Shown here piece by piece: positions 49,980-61,269 of a stretch of 64,000 bases of DNA (within the stretch, counting starts at the first letter, position 1; each line of letters opens with the position of its first letter). The position numbers and the translations under genes were made by a program. The stretch spans positions 10,230,001 to 10,294,000 of the forward strand of contig CM060734.1 in assembly GCA_030704615.1 (NCBI GenBank), given 5' to 3'. This DNA is from Takakia lepidozioides (lineage: Eukaryota; Plantae; Bryophyta). The notes beneath the pieces are model-generated. The model searched no databases, was not told where the DNA came from, and saw nothing but the letters and a program-made list of their open reading frames with translations.

Positions 49980-52542
49980 CTTGAAGCCGGGAAAGTTTAT
50001 GTTTCCTGAAACTGCAAAGGAATGTGGATGTCAACTCAGAGAGAAAGAAGTACATTCGTCTTGAAAAGACGTGCGAAACTCTTTACGAATATCTTGAACA
50101 TAAGGAGAGTTTGAGGTGGGAGAGAGGAGGCCCGTCGAGTTTTCGACAATATGGCTGGACGAGATGTGGTTTCATGGAGTGCGATGATTGCAGGATATGC
50201 TCAGCAAGGGTGTGGTCAGGAGGCCTTGGAGACCTATGAGCAAATGATATGGGAAGGGTGGGTACCGGACAAAGTCACATTCACTTCCGTTCTCGATGCA
50301 TGTGCCAGCCTAGCCAACTTGGGAAAGGGCAAAAAGATCCATGCTGATATTATCAAAGACAGAATTGAGCCAAATATCGTCCTGGAAACTGCCCTTGCCA
50401 ACATGTATGCCAAATGTGGGAACATGACGGATGCGCATCTAGTGTTTGACAATATGGCTCAACAAAATGTGGTCTCATGGAGTGCGCAGGATATGCTCAG
50501 CTTGGATGTGGTAAAAAGGCTTTGGAGATCTATGAGCAAAAGATACAGAAAGGGGTTATGCCCAACCAGGTAACGTTTGTGTGTGTTTCAATGCATGTGC
50601 CAGCCTGGTGGCTGAACGAGATGCTCTCCTGGAGTGCAATGATTTCAGGATATGCCCAACATGGATGTGGTAGGGAGGCTTTAGAGACATATGAGCGAAT
50701 GATACGGGAAGGGGTGACACCCAACCAGGTCATTTTTGTTTATGTTTTCAACGCCTGTGCCAGCCTGGCAACCGTGGAAAATGGCACAGAAATCCATGCT
50801 GACATTATCAAAGCTGGAATTGAGCCAACAGTCACTTTGGAAAATACCCTTATTGACATGTATGCCAAATGCAGGGATATAAAGAATGTCTGGCTAGTGT
50901 TTGACAATATGGTTGAACGACATGTGGTCTCATGGAGTGCTATGATTGCAGGATATGCTCAACACGGGTGTGGTAGGGTGGCCCTGCAACTATTGGAACA
51001 AATGCAACAGGAAGGGTTGAAGCCGAATGGTATCACTTTTATATATGCTGTTAACACTGTATTCGTTAAAAGTGGACAATGGCTTGTTCACTTTTATTGT
51101 AGGAGAATTGAAATGGCGTATCTCCAATAAGAGGTTGTAGCCGAATGGTAAAATGATATTTGTTTGTGTCGACTTTGGCTAAAAGTTTTTTTTTTTTTTT
51201 CATTTGCAATAGAATCGTTGATGGTAGTCCTAAGTTTACATCAATACCTTATAACTAAGGTGCGAAGAGTTTTGTCATCACGGGCATGAAACATTGTAAA
51301 TTTCAAGTCTTTCAATATTTGAGGGTACTCTTTTATCCATACGTCAGACATTTATCTACATAATAACAATATAATATGTACATATATTGTTAATATATAT
51401 TTATGAAAATCATAAGGGAGAAACATCCATAATAGTATATCATGATGCATCCAGGAATTCCAACCATTTTTTATTTCATATATGACATGTCTGGTTTCCA
51501 TCAATCTATGAAGCAAGACGTTTGTTTTACACATAATACCATTACAATGATAAAATTTCATGACATCATCATGTATATATTGCACCGTATATTTATTTTG
51601 ATTGAATCCATTTCATATGTATATCCTTTTTATGGTATGGAGATTAGATTTCATACAAGAAAATATTTTTAGTTGTACCTTTATTTCTGTTCATAGACCT
51701 TCTAATATGATCATGTCCACTTTTCTACCATCCTGTCCACTTTTAACAAATACAGTGTTTGTTCTCTTTGCATGTAGTCATGTGGGACTAGTAGATGAAG
51801 GCAGTCATTACTTTGATTCTATAGTCAAGCTCATGGCCTGACTTCCACAAACCAACATTTTGGCTGCATGGTGGACCTTCTAGGCCGTGCAGGGCATGTG
51901 GATGAGGCATAGGACTTCATCAAGAAAATGCCAAGCGAAGTGGGGGACTTTGCTTGGTGCCTGCAGAATTGATGGGAATCTGGAGGTGGCAGAACGTGCA
52001 TCAATCTTCTTGAGTGGGATCTGCAGGATGCGGCAACGTATGTGCTTCTATGCAACCTCTATGCTGCGGCTGGCAGGTGGGACGATGCCGCAAAGGTGAG
52101 GAGGATGATGTGGGACAGAGGTATCAGTAAGGAGCCTGGTCGGTGCTGCATAGAGGTCTATAATCAGGTGCATATTTCGTTGTAGATGATAAATTGCATC
52201 CACGACTTGAGGAAATCCATGTTGAGCTGAAGAGATTGTCTTGGCAGATGAAGGAGGCGGGGTACGTGCCTGACACTCGATTCGTATTGCATGATGTGGA
52301 AGAGAAACAAAAGGATATTTCTCTTTGTCAACACAGCGAGAAGCTCGCCATTGCTCTTGGCCTGATTAGCATGTCCGCTGGGTCCCCTCTTCGTATCATC
52401 GAGAACCTTCGGGTGTGTGGTGACTGCCACACTGCCATCAAGTTCATCTCAAAGATTTCTGGGCGAGCAATTGTTGTACGGGAGGCCAACCGCTTTCACC
52501 ATTTCCAAGTTGGGGTTTGTTCTTGTGGGCGATTACTGGTGA
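49980..52542 (+). pseudogene. PLS-class PPR-E-DYW RNA editing factor pseudogene
   Basis: Repeated DVVSWSAMIAGYAQ.G.G.EAL, TF..VL.AC and L..MYAKCG motifs. PG box KEPGRCCIEV. DYW domain HSEKLA...NLRVCGDCH...CSCG(fs)DYW. Many frameshifts and stops, and a TIR insertion. Confidence 0.92.
51053..51759. mobile_element. AT-rich TIR element with 4-bp TSD, inserted in the PPR gene
   Basis: 26-bp TIR AACACTGTATT(C/T)GTTAAAAGTGGACA, with TGTT on both sides. The PPR frame (ITFI..VL.ACSH) resumes after it. Confidence 0.85.
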
Positions 52543-53999
52543 AAAGCTGGACATGTATGGAGAAGAGTGTGTACCAATGTCTATACTGTACTTTCTGGTC
52601 AGCTGTCCGTGATGACAACAAGTCAATCATAATTTGAGCTGAAGCAGTCACAGATAGCCTTATTACAGATGGGTTGTCATAAAGAGTATCAGGTATGAAT
52701 ATGTCCCTGAACTGTTGGAGGTTGAGCTCCCAGTTTTGCACTTCCAAGACCCATTTGTAGTTGTGGGTACCTGTTTCTACCTTGCTTCTTGCCTGCGATT
52801 ACGAGGAGTCGGACCAGTGTTACAAAATTGAAAGTTTCAATCTCACCAAGTCGTCCAGATGGTAGTCCAATGGTAAGCTAGATGATCTTTCCAAGAGGCG
52901 ACAAGACTTCTTGGTGTGCATGGGAGCTAGTTACTGTAAAACAGCTACTATATTAGATTGTGCAACTTCGAACAAATTGCTACGTAACCATGTAGATGTC
53001 AAAGTAAATTCTATCAAACCTACATTTTCATTCCTCGTTGGTAATGTGCTTACAAAGAGTACGTAAGAGGTCTCTCTCCTCTCGCTCTAGGACAGGAGAA
53101 TAGGGAGTCCAACTAGGTGATGGGTGTACCAACAACGAGAATTTAACTATGAAAAAGTTTGAAGCAGGGTAGAGGTTCAGGGCTGTTAACATGAAGCTCG
53201 AAGAGCACAAGGGATGGAATTCAGTTGATGTCAGCAGGTAAGATGTCCCTCTAGGGGCTCTCTGTAGTTATCACTGCCATAGTTAGTTTACTGTCAGAAA
53301 TACAGTAGAAACACAGTAGAAACACAATAGTGGTGTTGCAGTTTCACAATTACCTTCCTATCTAATACATTGTCTACCACATGGGCATGGGTGGGTTGAT
53401 TGCAGTCGATATATCCAGATGCAAGCTTTGGTGGTGGCAATTCAATTGCTGAGAAATAGAGAGATGGACAGCATGTGCCATATGTGGCTTGGGATTTAGT
53501 ATTGTTGAACAAAGTGCAACTTGCACTTGCTGAAATTGAGGCATGGCTAGAAAGATATGTGGCATATTGGTGCGGCATAGCTTGTGGGAATGCAGGCAAG
53601 GACATTACAAAGTTCATGGTTACTGCGGTTGCCATAGATATGAGTGATGCAGGTTGAATATGCTTGAATCTGCTTCAGGAATCGCAAAACTGCTGAGTTT
53701 TTCGGAGAGCTCTCACCCCCTTGGATGCCCATGGATGTTTCAAGCTCGAGTAGCATCTCTTGGGCTCATTTGTAAGATTTGAGGTGAGAGTCTGACGCCC
53801 AACTGAACTACCTGATTGCGGTTGATAATGTCAAACACCTATTGCTTTGCATCTGCTGGGACCATAGGGCCCTCCATCAAATGGGAATGTTCAACAACAA
53901 GGTTTGATGCAAAGCACTAGTACTCCTCCGTAAAGGAACTTGTCAAGGTTTGATGCTGTTTGAATTTCTGGCACTAAGGTCAAGCACGGAGCATGGAAT

Positions 54000-56753
54000 A
54001 GCGGTGGCAAAAGTTCTTTAAAGATCCTTCACGACAGTGGGACAACCCCGATGTCAAGGTGCGGCTTTCTTAATTTATGATCTGAAGGAGTTGTTGTGCA
54101 AAAGTGGCTCTTCCTGTAGGTATCATAGGCCATGAAAATACATTGTCAAAGGGTTTTTTTGAGAAGCAGGATGAAAAAGCCTGGATCAAGCCAATATCTA
54201 CAAAATTCAGCTGGCAAAGCATGGATTTCTCATGGACTTCAACACATGTGATGTACGATTCCCACTTACAGAGCCATCCGCAATGTCAACAGTCAACACC
54301 CACATAGTAACATTCACCCTGTTTATCAGAATCGGCCCTAAATTTTCATGTTGAATTCTGCAAGTTAGCTGGTTGAGTGAACCTTTGATAATTTGGAGTG
54401 ACTTTGACATGATACTGCCAATGTGACAACAAGGAAGTATCCAGAAACAGGTAACAGAGACGAGGAGAAGCTGTGGAATGAATACTTTTCTGACCCCAGT
54501 CAATGGTGGGACAATTATGCAAAAAAATGAATGTTTGTTGGATTACAAAGAGTAGCAGATGCAATTGAGCGTAGGAACTAGTGTGATAAGTTGAGTTGGG
54601 TGTTTCCTAGAACAAATCTAGGCTGTCATTGTCAGTTGATAGCAGCAAGCAAGGATGTATGTATGATTTGTGCAGAGGCATGGATAGCTGAAGAAGCAGA
54701 GATAGTGTGTGGGTGGACAGATTCATCCAAGAGGGCCAGACTTCAAGCTTCAGATGACCTATGATTCCATGTGGATCAATAGCTACAGTAAACCTGCATG
54801 GGTAGATGGTCAACTAAAGGCAGCAGCTACAGCGGCACAGTTGATAGAATCAGGCATCTAAACCATGACCACAACTTCTGAAAAAGGATCAAGAGAGGGA
54901 GTCCACAATGCCTCTTCTGGCACTTCTGGGCATGTGAAGATACTTTGTGCGGCAGACAGACTGACAGAAGCTCTACAGACTCTAAACCAAGGAGGCATTT
55001 CAGCAGATTCAGATACGTATGTCTATCTCTTGCTTAAGTGCATCAAGATGGAAGGTCTGGAAGCTGGAAAGCAGGTGCACACTCACATTATCCAAAGTGG
55101 ATTCACGCCAAATATTTTTCTACTCAACACCCTTGTCAACATGTATGTTAACTGCGGGAGCATCATGGATGCTCACCAAGTGTTCAACAGAATGCCTCAA
55201 CGATCTTTAATCACGTGGAATATAATGTTGGCAGGATTTACCAAGCATGGGAGGGGTAGGATTAATGCTTTGGGCAAATGCTGCGTGAAGGGGTGAAGCC
55301 CAACCACATCACGTTTGTTTGCATTTGCAAATTCGTATGCAAGCCTGGCAGCTCTGGAAAAGGGCAAAGAGGTCGATGGCGACATTGTCAGAGCTGCAAT
55401 TGTACCAAATGTCATTCTGTACAATACCCTCGTGGACATGTATGAAGGGAGTGTTCGACAGTATGGCTGAACGAGATATGGTGTTGTGGAGTGCGATGAT
55501 TGCAAGATATGCACAGCAAGGGCGCGGAAGCTGAAGGAGCAGGGAACACTGAACACTGAACACTGCTCTGGTGGACATGTATGCCAAATTTGGGAGCATT
55601 GAGGATGCGAAAGGAGTGTTCAACACTATGGCTGAACGAGATGTGGTGTCGTGGAACGCGATGCTTGCAGAGTATGTACATCAGGGGCGCGGGGTGGAGG
55701 CTTTGGAGACCTATGAGCAAATGATGGGGGAAGGGGTGAAGCCTGACCATATCACATTTGTGTGCGTTTGCAGTGCGTGTGCAAGCAGGTGGCAGCCCTG
55801 GAAAAAGGCAAAGAGATGCATGGTTGCATCGCCAAAGCTGGAATTGTACCAGATGTGATTCTGAACAATACCCTCGTGGACATGTATGCCAAATGTGGGA
55901 GCATTGAGGATGCGGTGGGAGTTGTTCAACAATATGGCTAAACGAGATTTGGTATCGTGGAACGCGATGCTTGCAGGATCTGCACAACAGGGGGGGGGGG
56001 GACGGAGGCCTTGGAAACCTATGAGCAAATGATGGGGGAAGGGGTGAAGTGCCACCACATCACGTTTGTGTGCGTTTGTAATGTTTGTGCAAGCCTGGCA
56101 GCCCTGGAAAAGGGCAAAGAGGTCCATGGTAACATCATCAAAGCTGGAATTGTACCACGTCATTCTGGACAATGCCCTGATGGACATGTATGCGAAATGT
56201 GGGTGCATTGAGGATGCAAAGGGAGTATTTGACAATATGGCTGAACGAAATGTGATGTCATGGAACGCGATAATCGCAGGATATGCCCAGCATGGTTGTC
56301 ATACCGAGGTCCTGCAACTATTTGAAGGAATGGAAAAGAACGGCTTGAAGCCGGACAGTATCACCTTTATATGTGTTCTCCCTGCATGCAGCCACACTGG
56401 CCTACTGAATGAAGGAAGACGCTACTTCGATTCCCTGAGTCAAGATCATGGTGTCACTCTGACAGTAAAGCATTTTGGCTGCATGGTGGACCTTCTTGGA
56501 CGTGCGGGACAATTGGATGAGGCAGTGGACCTGATTAATAAAATGCCAATCAATCCAGATGTTGTAGTGTGGAGGCCTTGCTTGGTGCTTGCAGAATCCA
56601 TGACAATGTGGAGATGACTAAACGTGCGGCAACATCTATCCTCAAGTGAGATGAACAGGATGTCGCGACTTATGTGTTGCTATCAAACATCTATGATACA
56701 CAACGTCACTGCTGCATTGAGGTTTACGACAGGGTGCACACCTTCGTTGTAGA
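54000..56753 (+). pseudogene. PLS-class PPR pseudogene with N-terminal OSB-type PDF motifs, truncated in the E domain by an LTR
   Basis: RWQKFFKDPSRQWDN (~54002), EEKLWNEYFSDPSQWWDN (~54463) and HPRGPDFK...MWI...KPAWVDGQL (54724-54817). The last is in frame with PPR ORF 54865 across one TAA. PPR repeats run to HFGCMVDLLGRAG, then CIEV..RVHTFVV up to 56753. Confidence 0.8.
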
Positions 56754-57048
56754 TGCCGTGCGCATACATATCGCTACACAACTACATCGTTGTCCAAAAC
56801 CACACAACACATGTGCACACCAAACACTAGTCTCTCACTAGTCTACCACTAGTGCACCATTAGGCTGCCACTAGACAACCACTAGCCACCACTAGTGCAG
56901 CCACTAGTCCACCACTAGTCTGTCACTAGCCACCACTAGTGCAACCACTAGTCCATCATTAGGTTGCCACTAGCCACCACTAGTGCAGCCACTAGTCCAC
57001 CACTAGTCTGCCACTAGCCACCACTAGTGCAGCCACTAGTCCATCACA
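56754..57048 (-). repeat. Extra copy of the Gypsy-DNMT LTR (CCACTAG-rich)
   Basis: Homologous to 57369-57604 with more CCACTAG units. TG...CA ends. No TSD. Confidence 0.85.
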
Positions 57049-57049
57049 A

Positions 57050-57366
57050 TGATAAGGAAAAGAATGATACAAGCATACAAGCTCTCTCAAACTCACACAC
57101 TTGCACATGAAAACATCACTCATATATTAAGTCGAGCCAAGTGCATCCCACGCCATGGGGAATCCACACTACGGCGCCATAGCTAGACGCGGTGAGGCTC
57201 AACTCGAGAAAGATGAGCCCACCGCGATCTGCCGTGAAGATAACAACGCCAGGTGCCCAAACATATATTGGTCCCTGGATTGACACTTGGGTCAATCCCA
57301 AATGTCAATATATAAAAGCTAGTTATTTCCTAGTTAACTTCATACTAGTCGTAAAATAACTTGACA
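57050..57366 (-). mobile_element. Probable unrelated LTR between the two CCACTAG LTRs
   Basis: TGATAAG...CTTGACA imperfect terminal inverted ends. No coding motifs. Confidence 0.45.
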
Positions 57367-57368
57367 GC

Positions 57369-57604
57369 TGTCATGCGCATACATATCGCTACACAACTAC
57401 ATCATTGTCCAAAACCACACAACATATGTGCACACCAAACACTAGTCTATCACTAGTCCATCACTAGTGCACCACTAGGTTGCCACTAGACAACCACTAG
57501 CCACCACTAGTGCAACCACTAGTCCACCACTAGTCTGCCACCAGCCACTAGTCCATCATTAGGCTGCCACTAGCCACCACTAGTGCAGCCACTAGTCCAT
57601 CACA
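57369..57604 (-). repeat. 3' LTR (236 bp) of the Gypsy-DNMT-PHD element
   Basis: Minus strand reads PPT AGGGGGACGAT (57605-57615), then TGTGA...TGACA. Confidence 0.85.
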
Positions 57605-57844
57605 ATCGTCCCCCTAGCTAGCGCTTAGGTCCCTCTAAATCCAGGTAGCCACAAGATGTGATAGTGGCCATAGCCTCACTAAGTCCTCCACCACTGTCCC
57701 TACTACACTCAAACTCGATAGATCAAGAGGCCGGGTACAAGAGTTGCCCCATCGTTAGTCGCCGTCTTGCAACTTGTGAACTTGAGCCTGAGATCTCGGG
57801 TATTGACTCCTATGAGCTTGGCATCCCAGTCATATCCACTGTCA

Positions 57845-60820
57845 CTATCCCAAGTAGTGTGGACATAACCAATCTCCATCAGGAACCCTCTCAAGAGGTA
57901 GTGTCAAGCATCCCATGTGCCAACCTCTTGAGCATCGATCATACACCAGCATAGTGGCGGCACCACGAGCATGCCCACATAACATGCAATGCAACCCTGG
58001 AGATACCACTGCAAGGGTGGGATCCATCCTCCCATCCACATATGGAAGGTGACATGGCGCACAATTACGCACATGGTCCTTCCATACCATGCCATCTCGA
58101 CCCTCCAGAATCAACACTCCTGAAGGCAACACCTCCCTGACCCTTAGAATCACACGTCCTGCTGTGACATCCAAGGTCGTAGGCGTTGTCTGCTGCAGAT
58201 ACACATAGTCCACAGGGTGGAAACGCCGAACACCTGGCCAATATCCCCCTCCACGTATAGTGGCATACCTCAACGTGTCTCGGTGTTGGGCAATAGCAAG
58301 ATTCACAAAAGCCATAGGCATGACTCTCTGGAACAACTCTGCCCGCTGGGCACATGCTTGTGTCCACACATCCGAATCATCAAGGTTGAGGACTACTGCA
58401 GCCTCCCTGCAAATAGACGCAGGCAAATCTGGCTCTCGGCCAAAGAAAAGGAAATATGGTGAGAAGGAGGCAAGTGATGTTTGCTTGCTAAACGTGTAGC
58501 CCATGGCTAGCCAAGGTACCTGAAGATCCCAATCTCCTAGGTGTCCCTTTTGCAAGCCATACTTGCGCAAACCCCTCTTCACCGTCTGCACCACTCTCTC
58601 TGCCAAGCCATCGGCCTCAGGATGATCCCAAGAAGTGGTACGGTGGTCTATCAAGGCTTTATCACACAAAGCCTGAAACTCCCCCAAGAATTCTCTCCCT
58701 TGGTCCGTGAGTACCTCAGCTGGAGCACCGAATCGGCTAAGCACACGATCCAGGAATGCATACGCAGCCCCCTCACTAGCCTTGTCAGCCAATGGAACCA
58801 ACTCAATCCACTTGGAGAAGTGCTCCACCATCACCAACACATATCTGTGGTGGCGCATCGTCAATGGCAACGGCCCCGCGAAGTCAAGACTCCACCTGTA
58901 GCCCAATCCCATGATGGGTAATGGATGCAATTGTGGTGTAGGGGCGTTGAATGAAGCACGCACCCTGGCACACACCATGCACCTAGCCACGAACTGTTGC
59001 ACCTCTGTGTATATACCACGCCACCAATACTGCCCCTGCAGTAAACTATGAGTGCGTCGCACTCCAAAATGCCCCAACTCCTCATGGGCATGCCTCACTA
59101 ACCGTGCACGCTGTGTTGGGTGAAGCACGATCCTCACCCGACCATCCTCCCACACTCGAAGCAGGTGTATCCCCTCCCACTTGAACCTCTTGGCTCGTTG
59201 CAGGATCCGATCCCTCTCCTTGGCAGTCACACTAGCTGTCGTGTCTCCAGTGCGGATGTAGTCCAACACAACCGAATCCTCATGTATATCTCTGGCACCA
59301 CCTGGCTCATCACTAGCCTCAGGGTCCTCAGACACTCCATCTACAGTCATCCCTATTGTAGGTCCAATCTGACCTCCCGATGCCAAGATACACAAAAAGG
59401 CAGATGCATGCCATCCCGGCACCATCTCCTCGTCTGTCTCACCATGCCACCGAGCTCCAGTGTCATCATGCTGGCTCGTGCATGGATTGCGACTTAATCC
59501 ATCCGCATCCCTATTGACCAAACCCGGTCGATGCACAACCTGAAAGTCATACTCTTGGAGTATAAGTGCCCACCGTGCAAGCTTCCCCGTAAGCTTGTCT
59601 GACTCCATCAACCACTTGAGTGGTTGGTGATCCGTGACAAGGGTGAAGAGATTGCTGTATAGATAGCACCTGAAATGTGCCACGGCCCACATTACAGCTA
59701 AGCACTCCCCTTCATATAAGCTATACTTAGACTCTACAGCGTTGTTCAAGCGGCTAGCATAAGCCACTATGAACTCTCTTCCCTCATCATCCACATGTGT
59801 GAGCACCGCTCCAAGCCCCAGCATGCTCCAATCTGTATGCACCTGAAAGGGACGCCCCCTGATAGGTCGTCTCAAGATCGGCGCCGAGGTCAACCTCGCC
59901 TTGAGCTCTTGAAAAGTTCGCTCTTGCTCATCTTCCCACTGCCAATCCTGGTCTACCTTGGTCAGCTTCGTTAGAGCCTTTGCAATAGCACTAAATCCCT
60001 TGACAAACCGTCTATAGTAGTTTGCCAACCCCATGAAAGCTCGAACTCGGCTCACATCCGTGGGACGTGGAATCTGTGCAATGGCCTCTACCTTAGTCTG
60101 CTGGATCCCCAATCCTCCAGGATATATCATGTGGCCCAGATACTCAATCTGGTTGTGGAAGAACTTGCATTTCCCCGGATGTAATTTCAATCCGTGCGCT
60201 CTCAAGCGCTCAAACACCACCTGAAGGTGTCTCTCGTGCTCCTCCGCCGTAGCACTAAAGATGATGATGTCATCTATGTAGCACCGAGCAAAGTCTATCC
60301 CTGCTAGAATCATGTCTATAACTCTCTGGAACTCTGCAGGAGCGTTCTTAAGCCCGCATGGTAAGAACCGCCACTGATATAGGCAATCCTTCCCATGCTC
60401 ATTGATACCCCAGAATGTCGTCTTCTGCTTGTCCGCCTCCTTGATCGGCAACTGGTGATATCCGGACCGCAAGTCTAGAGTGCTAAAGACCTTGGCATGC
60501 CCAATGGCATCAAAGATCTCCTCCGGTGTGGGCATGGCATACTTAACGGACTTGGTCTGACAATTTACAGGCCGGTAATCACCGCACATACGTCTCTCCG
60601 TCCAATTGCCATAGACATCCTTCTTGGCTGGCATCACCGTGGCTGAAGCATACTCTGCACTAGAGAGCTCCACCAAACCAGCCTCCCAGAGATCTTGAGT
60701 CCTCATCTGAATCAAAGACCTCTCCATGTCACTGTATCTATAGGGTCTCCGAAAGATTGGCGTGTCCGTGGCCAACTCAATACGAATCTCCTGACCCTTC
60801 AGTGCTCCCAAATCCTTCAA
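57845..60820 (-). CDS. pol: RT-RNase H-integrase-PHD finger part of pol
   Basis: Motifs [36 protein letters not shown]...CMVC, SLDFAG, LTDQGREF and GLAER. Terminal PHD-like CMLC...MLV(Y)DRCSRGWHMGCL...VPDGDWLCPH(Y). Confidence 0.95.
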   Translation of the reverse strand: MKDLGALKGQEIRIELATDTPIFRRPYRYSDMERSLIQMRTQDLWEAGLVELSSAEYASATVMPAKKDVYGNWTERRMCGDYRPVNCQTKSVKYAMPTPEEIFDAIGHAKVFSTLDLRSGYHQLPIKEADKQKTTFWGINEHGKDCLYQWRFLPCGLKNAPAEFQRVIDMILAGIDFARCYIDDIIIFSATAEEHERHLQVVFERLRAHGLKLHPGKCKFFHNQIEYLGHMIYPGGLGIQQTKVEAIAQIPRPTDVSRVRAFMGLANYYRRFVKGFSAIAKALTKLTKVDQDWQWEDEQERTFQELKARLTSAPILRRPIRGRPFQVHTDWSMLGLGAVLTHVDDEGREFIVAYASRLNNAVESKYSLYEGECLAVMWAVAHFRCYLYSNLFTLVTDHQPLKWLMESDKLTGKLARWALILQEYDFQVVHRPGLVNRDADGLSRNPCTSQHDDTGARWHGETDEEMVPGWHASAFLCILASGGQIGPTIGMTVDGVSEDPEASDEPGGARDIHEDSVVLDYIRTGDTTASVTAKERDRILQRAKRFKWEGIHLLRVWEDGRVRIVLHPTQRARLVRHAHEELGHFGVRRTHSLLQGQYWWRGIYTEVQQFVARCMVCARVRASFNAPTPQLHPLPIMGLGYRWSLDFAGPLPLTMRHHRYVLVMVEHFSKWIELVPLADKASEGAAYAFLDRVLSRFGAPAEVLTDQGREFLGEFQALCDKALIDHRTTSWDHPEADGLAERVVQTVKRGLRKYGLQKGHLGDWDLQVPWLAMGYTFSKQTSLASFSPYFLFFGREPDLPASICREAAVVLNLDDSDVWTQACAQRAELFQRVMPMAFVNLAIAQHRDTLRYATIRGGGYWPGVRRFHPVDYVYLQQTTPTTLDVTAGRVILRVREVLPSGVLILEGRDGMVWKDHVRNCAPCHLPYVDGRMDPTLAVVSPGLHCMLCGHARGAATMLVYDRCSRGWHMGCLTLPLERVPDGDWLCPHYLG

Positions 60821-61269
60821 ACTGAAGGCAAAGCAATTCCTGTAAGCCCTCAGGAACCGCCGTATATGTCGTCTCTCTCCTCCAGTGACAATGGGTCCAA
60901 TGTCAGGCTCCCAATTGTCCTCTGTAACTGCAACCTTAAGTCCAGCAGACTTAGAGGTAGAGGACGCGTCCCGTGGTTGCTATGCCGCAACCTCTTGAGC
61001 AGTACTCCCTGCCTGCTCAGTCAATGACAAGGCCTCATCCTGCCCCATCATCTCATCATTGAGGACCTCTTCAACCCGAGAAGAATCCCCAACCTCATCC
61101 ATCACAGCCGCCTTGGCTGCCAACTCCCTCTGAACCTCGAGCACCTCCCACGTGTGCCATGGATGTCTACACCTTGTGGTCCTCACCGGCTCGCCCCCAC
61201 TCACTGCTTGTACCGTCTCGGTAGGCAGAGAGACCGTCAAGGGAAGTGCACTCCGCATTCTATGTTGCT

